From NCBI RefSeq assembly GCF_031769215.1, contig NW_026781861.1, positions 62,001 to 126,000 of the forward strand: a DNA stretch of 64,000 bases, read 5' to 3'. Shown piece by piece: positions 12,101 to 27,100 of this stretch (position 1 is its first letter; every line of letters starts with the position of its first letter). Under the pieces are notes generated by a model. That model was not told the origin of the DNA, did no database searches, and was given only the letters and a program-made list of their open reading frames with translations. This DNA comes from Ylistrum balloti (lineage: Eukaryota). The position numbers and the translations under genes were made by a program.

Positions 12101-15100
12101 TTCAATCAGCAAAATATGGCGGACAGACTTGGGTATAGAAACATATAAATCATTATACTGGAAACATGTGGAACATTTTCGATGTGAAGAGAAGCATACT
12201 TAATATCAGTGATATTAAGGAATGATGGCATTGGAAATATACTTGTGTAATTTTGCAAATTCGCATCAATTGCGTTATTCACTGAACAACTATTGGACTG
12301 CGTTTCCTGACTACTCTCCTCCTCCTCAGGATAGGGTCTTTTCATTAGATAGTGTGTGTAACATCTCTTACAAATATTACTGCAAACTTCTACAATCATC
12401 CCCATCTTTCAGGACATTTTTCAGCCAACGATTTTGTGGGGAATCTAGGCTCTTTGATGATTTTCTAGCCTTACTACAATCCTTAAATCGAATCTTGCAG
12501 CTTGGATTTATGCATACATCTCCCATACTTGCCACGAAATCAATGGAGAAATTCAAGAATTCAGTGGTTCAAATGTTACAAGTATTCAAATGCGATATAT
12601 AGATAGCAAGGTGTTTGCCTGTAAACACAGAATCATATAATGACTATGACAGCCAACAATGACAAATTTTGGACTTAATTTAATTTTTACAGAGGTGTTT
12701 CTTCAAGGAGGCTTATCTGTATCATGTAATTACTGCCACTTTGATACTTATTTCTTAAAGCATTCATTTCCCACAATTAATTCAATGTTTAAGTTTTACA
12801 AACTCTTTTTACAGGATTTTTATCATCAAAAAATAAGTGTCCGGGAAAACATGTTATTTTGCTAATTCAGCATGGAGACTTTTGACAATTTGCTTAACAT
12901 CATTAATCATTTTCCACAATTTTATGGATTTCAACTCAACAGTATAACCATTTTTATCCTGCAAATGCATGGGCTTCCGTAAACGGAATACAGCTGCTAC
13001 ATATATTTTTGCTGTATTCTGGCCGTACGTGCGTCGGAGCTACTTTCTGACTGAATATTTATACAGGGAATTGTATACATACCTTCAGATCTTTAATAAA
13101 CCTTCAGTTTTAATGTCTTTCTTATGTTCTATTTTACTTTTGTAAAATAAAGAAAACAAAGGTTTTAGTAGAAAACATTGCAACTATATTTGGCACTGAG
13201 TACATTAAACCGCCAGACATGTAATTGTTATGTTCTCCGACCCTTTTTCACTTCAACAGCTGATCATATATTCATGCATGAAAATATGACAGTCAAAAGA
13301 TGCAGTTTTTTTTCAAATACAGCTTACATTTCCAGACTCTGACCATGTATTACAAATAGTATTACCGGTTACAGTTTCTCTTTTGTATAACAACAAATTT
13401 ATCAGATATATCTAATGAAATAAAGTCAAATGGAATGAGGTTCACACAAGTAAAAAGTGTGTTATGCTACTTAGCAGATGTTCATAACGAAATGTGTAAC
13501 TTCACTGTGCATACTGAACATATTTTCTAAGAGACTTGATCTAAAGAACTGATACGGGCCCTCCAGGCCTCTTACTTTACTTGCAAAGATGTTTTTATCC
13601 AATGTCATCTCTAAACTTTCTTAATCTCTGTTTTATTTTGAAGAACATAAACAAAGATAAGAAATATATCACAACATCATATCAATTACATGGCGTCACA
13701 TTCGAGATTCTGACTCCACGCAATTAAGCTGGTAATTGAGGGGGAGGGGGAGGTTAACTGTAAAACGAACGTCATAAACTGGCACCACATACATTACAGA
13801 TCTATTGAAATATTTAGTTTCATTAATCCCGGCATCTCTTTTCTCGGAATAGAAATAAACATCTCGTTTCCGAACTAAATTAATCGGAGATGTTGGTAAC
13901 AAACCTTTACCGAGAAACGTAGCGATCTAAAATAGGCAAGCTCCTCTATTGTGTTAACATGTCATGCTTCTGAAAGCATGAGATTGACTGAAATCGGTCG
14001 AGGGGAAAATGAAGCTTACAAGGGAGGCCCATTTTTGGAAGGTACATGTCGACATGTCTCGGGAACCATATTTTGCATAACCGCGCAAGGGATGTAAAAA
14101 AGACATTTATGAATTAGGAATTTTAATACAATTGATCATTGTGTAATTCTCAGCCATCTTTCTAGGACTCATCAGTGATGTCAATAATCTAATGCTTTAT
14201 CAAATGAAATCTGTCGCAAATTATTGATGAATTCAAGATGGCAGAAGAATGTTATTAATCAATATGTAAAGTTACACAATGAATAAGGAAGAATTTGATG
14301 ACGTCAGTGGAGCTGACTTAGAAGCACTTAACTTTTTTCCTTGTTGTCACCGTTATAGCGTTATAGTTCTAACAGTTGTCTCCGTGGTATTCCTAGTAAA
14401 GTACTTACAGTTCTGACAATTGTCTCCGTAAAATCCCTCCGTGCAAACACACATATAGCTACGAAGACCGTCAATACAGAATCCACCATTATGACAAGGG
14501 TTTTCCATACAAAGATTGATATCTGCCAAGAGAGAGAGAGACAATTGTAAACTACGAGATCTACATATAATGTATGTATATATCTATACATAATGTATGT
14601 TTGTACCTGTGTATAATGTATGTATATATCTATACATAATGTTTGTTTGTACATGTACATAATGTATGTACATACCTGTACACAATGTGTGTACCTGTAC
14701 ACAATGTATGTACATACCTGTACACAATGTATGTACCTGTACACAATGTATGTACACCCTGTACCTGTAAACAATGTATGTACATACCTGTACATAATGT
14801 ATGTACATACCTGTACACAATGTATGTACCTGTACACAATGTATGTAAACACCTGTACATAATGTATTTACACACCTGTACATAATGTATGTACCTGTAC
14901 ACAATGTATGTACCTGTACACAATGTATGTACACACCTGTACACAATGTATTTACACACCTGTACATAATGTATGTACCTGTACACAATGTATGTACACA
15001 CCTGTACACAATGTATTTACACACCTGTACATAATGTATGTACCTGTACACAATGTATATAATGTATGTATTTACCTGTATATAATGTATGTATTTACCT

Positions 15101-18100
15101 GTATATAATGTTTGTATGTACCTGTACATAATGGTGTGATAAGTTTGTCCTTCAGTAATTCAAGGGCATCGAAGTTCTCAACTCGGATCAAATTGTCTCT
15201 AACTGGATTAGAGGTAATTCCAAACAGTTCAGCCGAGCTGTCGGCGTATCCAACGGCAACAGTTATGATAGTTACTCCTGCGCGTTTCAGGGTCATAGCT
15301 TCCGGTATGGTTCTCATGTTGTTGATGTTTGATTCCCCGTCCGTGATGATGACGATAACATTCGGGACATCTACCAACAAAATAATATACTCATCAACTT
15401 CAACGTCATATTGTAGTAAACCACTAGGAAACTATATATGTGTTACTTCCATCTGAGCAAGTCAGTTGTTTGAAGGGCATCGCTTATATGTAATGTGAAA
15501 CAAACAGAATTACACAAAAATTCTCAACGACACATATTGGTGAAGTATTCAAATGAACAGTAGGATGATGTGTGAGGAAATTGATACATGACTTGATATG
15601 ACTTCGTGGTTAAGATGGAGGATGGGAAATAAATACATAAATAAAAATAAGTAAATAAATAAAAAGTAGCGATGCTTACATGTTTAAAATGCTACAATTA
15701 TCAATTATTATTTCTTAATAAATTTTTTTGTTTGTTTTAAATTGAATTTGAAAATCTGTCGATGTAGCAGAAAATATACTTTATTTTCTTTTGAATGGTA
15801 AATTCTGAGTCATCTGAATTTACTCTATAGAGAGATGTGTGTATTTTGTTTGTAGGGAATCCAAACTACTGGATAGTGCGGATTGTCAGATATTACAACA
15901 TACCCAGTCGGTCACCAAACTGTTGGACAAACATGTCCCGTCTGGCCATCAGAAAGGCATCGGCAGTGTTGGTACGTCCGTATATGTAAGCTGTTCGGGA
16001 TATCGCTTTTTTTATTTCTTCCTTTGTATCATAGCTGTTGAGGTTGAATTCTCTGTTTGCTCGATCACTGAAGGTCATCAAGCCTATTCGGTAGTTTCCG
16101 CTGTTTACATCAAGTTCATTGACAGTGCTCCAAGTGAAGTTCAACATCCTATAGAAGTTGTCACGTCCAACGCTACCCGAGGTGTCCAGAATGAAGACGA
16201 CATCAGCGGTTGAAGTGCATGCTATATAAACAGATGGAATTAGAGAAGTACCGAATGAAACATGATTAAAACAACAACAGAAATATCAAAAAGAAAAAAA
16301 TCGTAGTTTAAACTAAAAATCAGTAAAACGACGGCAAACAATAAAAAATTTAAATGATTTACGACCTTGAATCTCTTGCAAAAAGTACAAGGAGAATGAG
16401 AGAAGGTGTTTCCGGGAGAGCAACCATGTTCTAATATAGCAATGACATCGGTCAGCTGACTGGATGTTATATATAAACAAACAAACTATCATTTATTTGT
16501 TTTAATTAAGCATCCGACCTTAAGACAAATAGGATCTTTCCATACTCTCAAAGTAGGAAATGATATTTTTCTATCCCTTTTTTCCCTTAAAAATTAAGAA
16601 GCAAATAAATATACATGTGACATTATAGCCATAGGTCATTTGCATTTGAGGCCCGGATGACAATTGGAAATAACGTCAATGACCCCATCTGACCCCGACA
16701 CGTCATAGAAATGATGTCATAAACAATCATACAATCCCGAAATGTCACTTCCTGTGCTTGAAGGATGGCTTTCCTTCACCGGAAGTATTTCTATCGGATG
16801 GGTTAGAAATTTTAACAAGATGCCGCAAAGCGTGGCATTATCCACCGCGCATAGGTGTTGGTATGGAACCCAAATATGCTATATATAGCACTGTAATAAT
16901 TTGAGACTTCACACACTTATGTATCAGTACTTTGCACGTGAAGGTCTATTACAGTGAAAGCACTAGTAGAAAATAATAAACTCACATCTCCTCAACTTCA
17001 ACATTATAGATATATATATAGAGTTATAATTGAAAATATAGAATCAACACAACAAATGTGTTTCAGTAACGTTTTCAGGCATAACAGCTATCTTCAGGCA
17101 ACAAAAGATTTACTATGTAAGAGATGTAAAACATGTAATAATAATGATAATGATCACAATCTGAGGGGCCAATGCCTTGAAGTTGTAGCTCAGAAAAAGC
17201 CTTCTTTTGAGGTTTTTAACTAAATTTTTGCAAAAACTGAAAAAAAATATAGTAAAAAATGAAATGTTGTTAATAGCAAAAGGTTCAACTATGGCACTAA
17301 GTTAATATGTGCAGAAAGTTTTGTGAAGTTGAGTGGAACAGTTTTGAAGATATAGCCTGGAAAAGCCTCTTTTTGTGTTACCTGACTATGTTTCCATGGA
17401 AACAGAAAAAATATATATATATAAAGTGAAATGACGGCAATAGCAAAAGGCACAAATAGGGCACCCACTTAATATGTGCAGAAAGTTTGATGAATTATAT
17501 GAATTATTGTATAAGTTTTTCTTTAGTTGTTAAAAGTTGTATACAAAGTTGTACAAAAGTTGTACCATTTTGTATAAAAGTTATACAAAAGTTGTGTACA
17601 AAGTTGTACAAAAGATGTGTACAAAGTTGTACAAAAGTTGTACAAAAGTTGTAAATAGTTGTACAAAAGTTGTACAAAAGTTGTGTACAAAGTTATACAA
17701 AAGTCGTGTACAAAGTTTTACAAAAGTTGTACAAAGTTGTAAAAAGTTGTACAAAGTTGTATAATAGTTGTACATAAGACATATCATTAACACTATAATT
17801 CTAGCTGTCTATAAGGAGCATGAAAACTTACGTCCTTCAGGTCTTGGTCGTGGTGTTGTTGGAGGTGGGCGCGGTCTCCTGCGAGCCTTAGGAGGTTTAT
17901 CGGGCACTGTAACAAAAAACATGAAAACCATTCAAATCGGACTGAAGCACGTGTTTCACCTCGATTTTTTTTCTTTCATAATTTGTTACGTAATATAAGA
18001 TAAAATAAAAAAAAACAACCTACACGCTACCATGAGTTTCCTCTCAATTAGAAAAAATATTATGTTTGATAATTTTGATATATGATTAAAGGGAGAATGC

Positions 18101-21100
18101 ATTTTTAACCGCATGACAATTAAATACGTACGGTTCAGAAAAAGTATTGTATTTGATTTTTTTTCACTCTGTAACTTGAAGAACTGTAAAGATGATTAAT
18201 AATGTCTTTTTAAAACACCGTTATACAGGTCTATCCACGCATAGCAAAATACAGTTCATCACTGTCGAAAGCCACAGAAATGTTGAGACGATCTTTGTGT
18301 ACATTTATGAGATATAAATGCGACATACGTGGGATACATGATAATATTAACAAAATCTTCTGTAATAATACGACTGATATTTGGCAAGTGAATCATCATT
18401 TTGTTGTATAACATATGACCTATGTTACAGCAATATACACAAACCACTACATTTCAGAGTGTAGAGCTCATACAAATAGGAAGTAGAAAATTTATTATAT
18501 TAGTCCCAAGATGTGAAAATTATAGGCCAAAAACACACAGCAAATATAACCAAAAACCTAAGGAAGAAGTGATCAACGGTATATAGGGAAGGAATAATAT
18601 TTTTCTTTGATTTAGGTCTAAGGTCAAAATGTAGGTCAGAGTGACCTTCTTTTGATATATGACACACCGCCTAACCGAGGTGACCTGTTATCCCAGTATG
18701 AAGTTCAGGTGAATAGAACGGGTAGAACAAGGACAAGATAACGGTAGGATGGACGGGAAGACGGACAGAAGAGCGGACGAATACAGCGAAAGCTTTAGTT
18801 CCCCTTGTTCCCGGCGGGAGACTTATTAGGAGGTGCTACAACATACAATTTATAGAGTTGTACTGTAAGAGGTTTATCATCCAAGGAATTACTAGGGGCG
18901 ATAATCTGATATAAAAGTAAAATAGAATATCGTTACAATCTATTCCTTTATCTAATCTTGTAAACAGGTATTGGGTGTTACGTCATTAGTTTGTGTGAGA
19001 AAATTATCTTGTTTTCCTCCCAAATCAATGACGTTATTCTCTCACAAACAAATGACGTTACAATCAATTCTTGTTCACAAGAGCAGACAACTCCGTCTTC
19101 TAAAAAGACGGAATAACTGCTCCACAGTTATAAAGGATTTATTTTGATGATCGAGTTTATTGCTGATTGGGTCTATACCCCAACATTAATACTGAAGTAA
19201 CCGTAGTCTGATTTACTATTTCGCATATATCTATATAAATTTAAACATCATTTAGTCCTGTGTCCATTGGAAAGGGTAATTTGTATAAACAAAATAGAAA
19301 GTGCGTCATTTCAGCAACCCAGTGCACAAAATCTCGTGAGTCTGAGCATTTTTCGTATTTCAGAAGTTGACATTACAAAATATTTGACCCCTTTGATATT
19401 TCAAAATGGTTATTTACTTGAAAATTCTGAACATTTTACACCCTTTCGTGTTACCGGCTCAGAATCTATCACTTTTTTAGCTATTTAGAATCCATTTAAA
19501 AAGTTGACACCGGATAAATTATCTACTGATAAAACACGAGGGAGCGAATGGCGTCGCCTCAAGACCTAATATCACATGCTCCTCAATATCAATATTCAAA
19601 TTCTACCCTGAAAGCAACTGATGGATGCCAGGAAAATAATTGAATAAAGATTTTCTGAGAGCGCCATATTTGGACCGATTAGCATTAATTGCAGTTGTCC
19701 CCACCATCTGGAAGGACATATATGAATGAACAAACGCGAAAAAATAATTTTAGGATTATATGTGTGTACATCAAATAGCATTATTTTAACCATATCTCAC
19801 TGATGAGCTTAATAAAACTGTTCATTTACAGACGTTGTGTGATTTCTCTCCAAATCGCGATTTATTTTGCCAAAATGTTTGGAGGATCAGAGTCTAATCA
19901 TTTAGAGGCTTTAATCATTATTATCATGTATGTGAGTCGATCTTTAATTGAATGTCCCTCCTTGTTTGGCTTCGTAACGATTTAATGGTGTTTTAATTGT
20001 TTACATTACTGGTAAACAGTGAATGTATATTAACTTGTGTTATATGAAACAGTCATTTACAAACAGTTATTTCAAAAGCAACGCCAAGTTTTGATATGTT
20101 GTAGACTTATCGATACAAAAACAAATTTCAAATGAATTCAAATAAACATTTTATTAATTAAGTACATGTTGTATTACTTAAACGATATTTATCCCCGTCT
20201 TCCGCGGTAGAATACTTGAACACTTGTTATGTTCATTGGATATAGAATTTTAACCGTTCGGCTTGTTGGGATTAGGCTGAAATTATCTTCTCTATATTAA
20301 GCATCGCCAATAGGTGGGATGATGGTCTGAGATTTACACGTGCAAATTCATACCATGTGTTACGTGCACAGGTAGCGACAGACTGATGTTAATACCCTAA
20401 TTTATTTTTCTAAATTGAATGGACTTATGGTTAATAACCTCTTAAGAATAGTTATACGGAGAATGGTTTGAAATAATATTCATTGTCGATCTATTAATAT
20501 ATGTTTATGCAGTTTATCTTACAGGCGCATATATATAGATACAAATTTCGTTATTTAATGATCACCAACATTGCCTCTGTACATTTTGTATTTGTTGTTG
20601 TTTATCCTAATGGATAACTGAACAGAGAAATACAGATCTGTATTTTCAATCTAGATTTCGAGACAAACAGATGTCACACACCCCTAGTTACCAAGGCATT
20701 TTCATAGCTAGTAGAGACCCGCCATGGTTGGACACTCATTCCTGTTGCATTTTAAGTGATTAAAATCTATGTGTTAATCACCATATGCGTATTCAGGTCC
20801 AAGCGGCATGCATATCTTAGCAAATCATGTATATTTTCTTAGACCTTAGCAATCTTTTTAGTCTAAACTGTTCGTTTTTATTTCTTACAAAACAAAAAAT
20901 CTTAAATACTTACGTTTATCTTACTTCACAAATACACGGCCTACACATCTGTGTAAATCAGATAACGCTGATAGGACTTCACACTATCATCGTTTACACA
21001 TTCCTTATTATTTTTTAACCTTAAACGACCAGTGTTTGCCTCAATGCATTTTGTAGACCTACGCGATTCTCTACAAAATTTGAGCAGACTTTGTTGAAGT

Positions 21101-24100
21101 TTGTATGTTCTATACAATCGAATCTCGTTATCTCGATGGAACAATGGGGAAACTTCGAGATAACTGAGTACTCGGTATAAGAGATTTCGAATGTTCTGTG
21201 TGACGTTAGACAGGGGCGAAACAAATGCTTCGAATTAAACAATGTCTTCGAGCTATACGAGTTCGAGGTAACGTGGTTCGAATGTAAATCGTTATTCCGA
21301 AGAATCTGACATGTTTGTGTAGTTGATAATGTTCGCTGGGATTGTATTTCGTTATGTTCGTGGTCAACCGAGATCGCACGATATTATAAAGCTAGCCATC
21401 ATTTCCTTAGTGAATGAAAAACTTGTAAAATATCGGTTATACCCCGATGTTTATAGACATCAGTTCCTGAACATGCGCAAAATTTTATACTCCAACTTTT
21501 TCATAACTTTGCATAACTAAGACCCGCGAAATTAAACAACTATACAGCGCGGCAGCTAAAAAGTAAGTAACAGAATGCATGCCGGGAAATGCAATTCGGT
21601 TATTCCGATTTAACAAAAAATAAGATGTGTGATGATAAGACTGCTTGGCTTATAGTTTCAACACATGGTATACATGGAAACTGTAATTTATACATAATAA
21701 AGAGGATTTTTGACAGTATAAAAAGAACACTGCACGCTATGCTAACGCACTCCGATAATGCTTAATTCCATCCTATCTAATGGCATTACATTGCACTGTA
21801 CTTTAGCAGTTACGTCAGAAACGGGCGGGCGTTGATACAGCTCCAGTGATCTATTTTTAGATTTACACGAATATATACAAGTTTTTCCCGTGTTTTCGTT
21901 TTCTCAGACGGCCTTGAGCTGTCTGTAGTAAGACTGTTAACCACGCCTGTAGCTTTTGATAGGAATACTAGTTCCTTTCTTGTTTTGTATTAAGAGGTTA
22001 AGTGCTATAATCATTGTGTTTCTTTCTACTGTGTAAATCCTAGCCATACGTTGGCAGGTGCGTGGAATATACAAAAGATTTACAATATCATTATAACTAT
22101 AACACAGGCTGTCATACTGTATTTTGCATGATGCTTATCCCAGAAATTCGCACCATTTATTCGAATTCTCTATAGATATTCTACAAAAAAGTCAGAAAAA
22201 ATTCTTGATTTTATAATTAATGTTCGAATACATTCGCGATATAAACTCGGCTGAAAAGTGTTTTGAGGTTTGATAGCGACTTAATGAGACAAAAGAATAC
22301 TTTACTGATCTTGTGATAATAACTCCTGTCTTAAATGCTATGTTAACTCGATTGGAATTTCTATTTGAATGCTGTCGAGAAGAAATTCCCGCCCAGCACG
22401 TGTTTACGTCTGTCTGGTAAAAGCGCGTATTTTTTTGTTTTGGTTGCTTGTGAGAATAACATTAGTGTAGGTTATTATACATATCACGGACGACAAATGC
22501 TGTTGTATCCAACAGCTGATGATACAGACAATATCCTATCACAGCAAACTTATCTTATCAACATTGAAGAAAATATTCCTATTTATATAAAAGACATAAA
22601 AACAACATTATACGATACACAAAACATCGTACATTGGTAAACTTCATTATTTTTTAGAAGATAAATATCATTTATGTAACTTGAGTTTAGAATTTGATAA
22701 CCAAAGCAGATATATTCGTGATCACTAAAAAATCAAATTATTCTAATTCCAATTTATATGAAATACAATATTGTAAATATCTTATATATGATATTTTTTA
22801 AATGGCATATTGTTACGTAATGTATATATCAATATTAAATATACATTTTAAAGTTTGAATACACGTTTTATATTTCACTTTGTGAACAATGACTATTTAG
22901 TAAAATAACAAAAGCGCCATGCTTATTTTCTCGGTATAATACAGTTTACTTAAAGGATATGAACGCAATGTGGGGCGGCTAACCGTAAAATGGTGGGCGG
23001 ATAATGTAATTTATGAATTCTTTAAAACTTATAATCAAGCAATAGAATGGTTTTCGATGACACTTGCCACTTTAACGATAATGGGCATGTGTACACGGAG
23101 TACAATTAATTGAATGCTTAATCCTGACTTTCCTAAAACTGAATGATTATAATTCTTAACTGTCCCAAAAGTACGTTTGTTGTTATAGTGGCTAGTGTCC
23201 CAAGGTGTTGTTTCAACTTGTCCCCAAAAATACAGGTAAATAGGATGTGACACGTGATATTATATAGAAAAATGTAATTCAGAGATTAAAGAAAAAATAG
23301 GTATAAATATATTTTTCTCTAAATATTTTGAACAAAAATCAAAGTTACTTGGAGATTTGTAAATGTGTTTCTAATTTTAAAATTGTAATTACTGTAAACT
23401 CATAATTTAGAAGTTTTAAACTATCACTTATTATAATTATTATTCAATGAGTAAAGAAGAAATTATCACTAATGGATGTCAATATGAACAATTTACACCA
23501 AAAAGATGGTGATATGAACACCCGAGGTTGGAGTGAGAACTTGTGAGTAATCAAGCCGCTGATGAGGCGAGTACATGGAGGTTAACACCAAAGCTCGTGT
23601 AATATATATATATCACTGAAGTTTTAATGAAATATCATCATTCCAACTATGGCTAACTTGCAAGTTCAAGTTCAATTCACAACCAACTAGCGTGGAGGCC
23701 GGACACTTCATCAAGCCGGATACAGTTATATAGTAAAAAGAACTGCCGAGAAACAACCTACTAGAGATGCTGCATTCGAACTTGCCCTGCTACAATCAAC
23801 ACTACCAACGACATTCCAGTGAAGATGGATCACCAGCACAACCACCAACCAAACCGCGGAAAGCTACAGACGCTTAACAGGATAATTGACAAACAACTAT
23901 TGGTGGAACAGATACCGACATCCCTATACCACAAGAGAGCCAAACTTCATCCAAGTTTACCAACTTCAGCCACAGATATCGCCCTACAGGACGAGTGGAC
24001 AGAACCCAGTGTAGGTACCCAATTTTCGCTCTTTGACGACAACAGGGACAGTTCGAGAATTTTAGCCTTTGCAACTACCAATAGCCTGGAGATCTTGTCA

Positions 24101-27100
24101 GCGACTGGCACTTTGTATTGTGATGGTACATTCTACACATGCCCAAGGTTCTTCACTCAACTATACACCATCCATGCCGAGATCGACAACTAGATGTATC
24201 CGCTTGTGTTTGCATTGTTACCATGGAAATCACAGATCATCTACACCAGATTGTTGGAGAATCTGAAAGCTGCAATGGAGGGTCTGCATCTTCAATTCAA
24301 CCCGGCCGTCATATTCACGGACTACTGTCCAGAACGCCACCAAAATCGTATTCTCAGGGATTACAGTGAAAGGATGCTTCTTTCACTTTACCCAGTGCAA
24401 TTGGAGAAAGGCCCAACAACTAGGACTCAAGACGCGCTACAGAGACAACGAAGAGATCCACTGACTTGTTCGCCGTGCAGCTGTCCTTCCCCTCCTACCA
24501 CTACACCACACTGAGGACTACTGGTTCAATGCATTGGATGACCTTGAAAAAGTTGGCCTACCTATAGATACAACACCCTTCACTGACTTTGACAACCCAG
24601 TGTATAGAGGGAGACAGACAGATCTGGAACCACTTCGACAACAACAGACCCAGGACTACCAACAGCTTGGATGGATGGCACAGCAAACTCAAGAAGAGGA
24701 TCCCACATGCACACCCGAATATATATCTGTTTGTCCGAGTGCTGAAGGAAAATCATCCAAAGAAACGCCGCTACCGGATTCTGAATGACCATCTGACTCA
24801 CCTGAAAGCCCTTCTGTAGAATGACCAGATTTACTACATAGCCTACGGAGACCGAGCATCATACCTCCTTCACATGGAGTGATTGTGAAATGGATTCAAA
24901 AATATTTAACTGAAGTATTTAAGTAATTGTGTGAAAATTGAGTTGTGCTATTATATATTGTCAACACAAGAAGGCTTAGATTTATTTCATCAAGTTTAGG
25001 AATAATTTATTTTTAAAATACTAAGATTTAAGACTTTAGGAATTGTATGTAACTACATCAATGTAATATAATTTGTTGTAGTGCTTTGGTTTACTTACCT
25101 GGATTTACCTGTGCTTCAAAGAAATTTTGTAATCATCACCTTATCTGTGGTTTTCTTTGTCAATACTGTCTTATATACACAATACCTGACTGTCCCAAAA
25201 AACATTTACCTGAAAATTGGGTTTTGGGACAATCAGGAATGCACCATCCAGAATATGCGCTTCCATGCAGGTTGGTGAGAATTATAGGGAGTTCTATGTT
25301 TGCCATAGTGATATTATTTAGAAATATTTCATTTGTTTGAAGTTAGTTTGCCTGTTGGTTCCGTTGTTCTCATTAGAGAACGTGACATTACTTACTTGGA
25401 ATGACCAAGATTTACATGGTGGATGTCGTCGATGAAAGCGATAAAAGGACGCTTAATCTTTCGGAATATCTGATCTTATTCTCCTTGTACTTTTTCAGGA
25501 GTCTGTGTAAATCTTTCTTTTGTTCGTATTTGCCCTAGTTTGATTGACATTGAGGTTGGATTATAATTGTGTTGACATGTTGGTATTTTCTTGATTTATT
25601 TTTTACATTTATGTTCTATAGATAATGATATATTTTAGATATATTTCATGCCCAGCTATTCATGTGTTCAATGCGTTTCTATGATTTCAACATTTTTATT
25701 CCTATCACTACTGAAGAGTCGAAGTTGTGTGATACAGTGTTATACAATATTGGGTATATTACATATATATAAGGATGGTAGTGTCATTTTTATAACACGC
25801 ATGCCTTGTTATTTAGTGAATATACCATTGAACTGTTTTGTACTCCATGTATTAACTCAATTAATAAGACCCATTGTGACGTCAGAAGTAGATAACACCT
25901 TAAGGCAAACCCATCAACTTAATCATGTTAAAATGAATAAGTTTTGACTAGATTTTCCCCCAAAAATTACAGTCGAAACTCGTTATCTCGAACTCGTGTA
26001 ACTCGAAGAGCTCGTTTAATTCGAAGCATTTCATCGGTCCCTACAAAATACATTCGAACTCAATTAAATCGAATACTCGGTTATCTCGAAGTTCTCCCAT
26101 GGCCCCGCCGAGTTCTAAGTTCGAATGTATATAAACACCGAGAAAGCAGAGACTGTTATAAGAATACACAATACAGTTTTACATCTTTTAAAACTTTCTT
26201 TAGATGAAAGATAACTTTTGATTAACAACATTTGATATAGACAATAGATATAACACTTATTTATCCTAACCGTTAAAACACATGTTCCTCTCCGTGTTTT
26301 ATAGTGCGTCTAACTGTTCACCGCGTGAACTTAGACAGTAACTTACACACTTAAAAATATTAACCTTGCTTTTTGAGTATAATTATTGTTTTGTTACCGC
26401 CATGGAGACTTTGAATGGTTCCAATGATGTATGTGCAAACAGTGTTTGCTATGATCGTTTAACTACATGGAGAATATGATAAACGAAGTTCAACTGCTTC
26501 AAAGTCCAGGGGATAAAAATAGACAGGCAAAAACAAAAATCACGTGGAACGTGCCAACTTCTGAATCTAATCACATTGTTGACGAGAAGAAAAGTGTTTA
26601 CGATGTAGACAACTTGGAAACGAAAGTGCGATTCAGGTGATTTCCAACAGTCTGTAGATGTCTGAAGACTTTTTTTTATATATTTCTAGAACTTTCTGTT
26701 TAAAATTGCAATCCATCATCGTTAAGTACATACATTGGCAACTTAAAGATAAAATCTGTTATTCTGGGCTTAGTAATTATCAATCATATTAACGCTTAGC
26801 TCCAAAATTTGCAGGTGACGTCGAACACAGACGTGGAATCAGATACTCAAAGACAAAAGTTTTTAACCAACAACATCCTCGATACTTCAAGGGTTGCGAC
26901 CATGTTCGTTCTCTGCACCCCTGGAACATGTCATTACAAATTTGAAGGTTCTAAGTGCGACACCTCGTGGACAAGACGAAAAGAATTGTTTGTTCCTTTG
27001 ATGTATATCAAACGAATCTCAGGGCGTATTTTGTAATGACAATGATGAAGTTTGATGTCGTTTTTTGTAATCTTCAAAAGGGGCATATCAGCCTGTTATC

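Noticed and set aside
14361-15129. Overlapping Cys/Tyr/Val-rich ORFs on both strands
   Set aside because: Translations of the 19-23 bp minisatellite.
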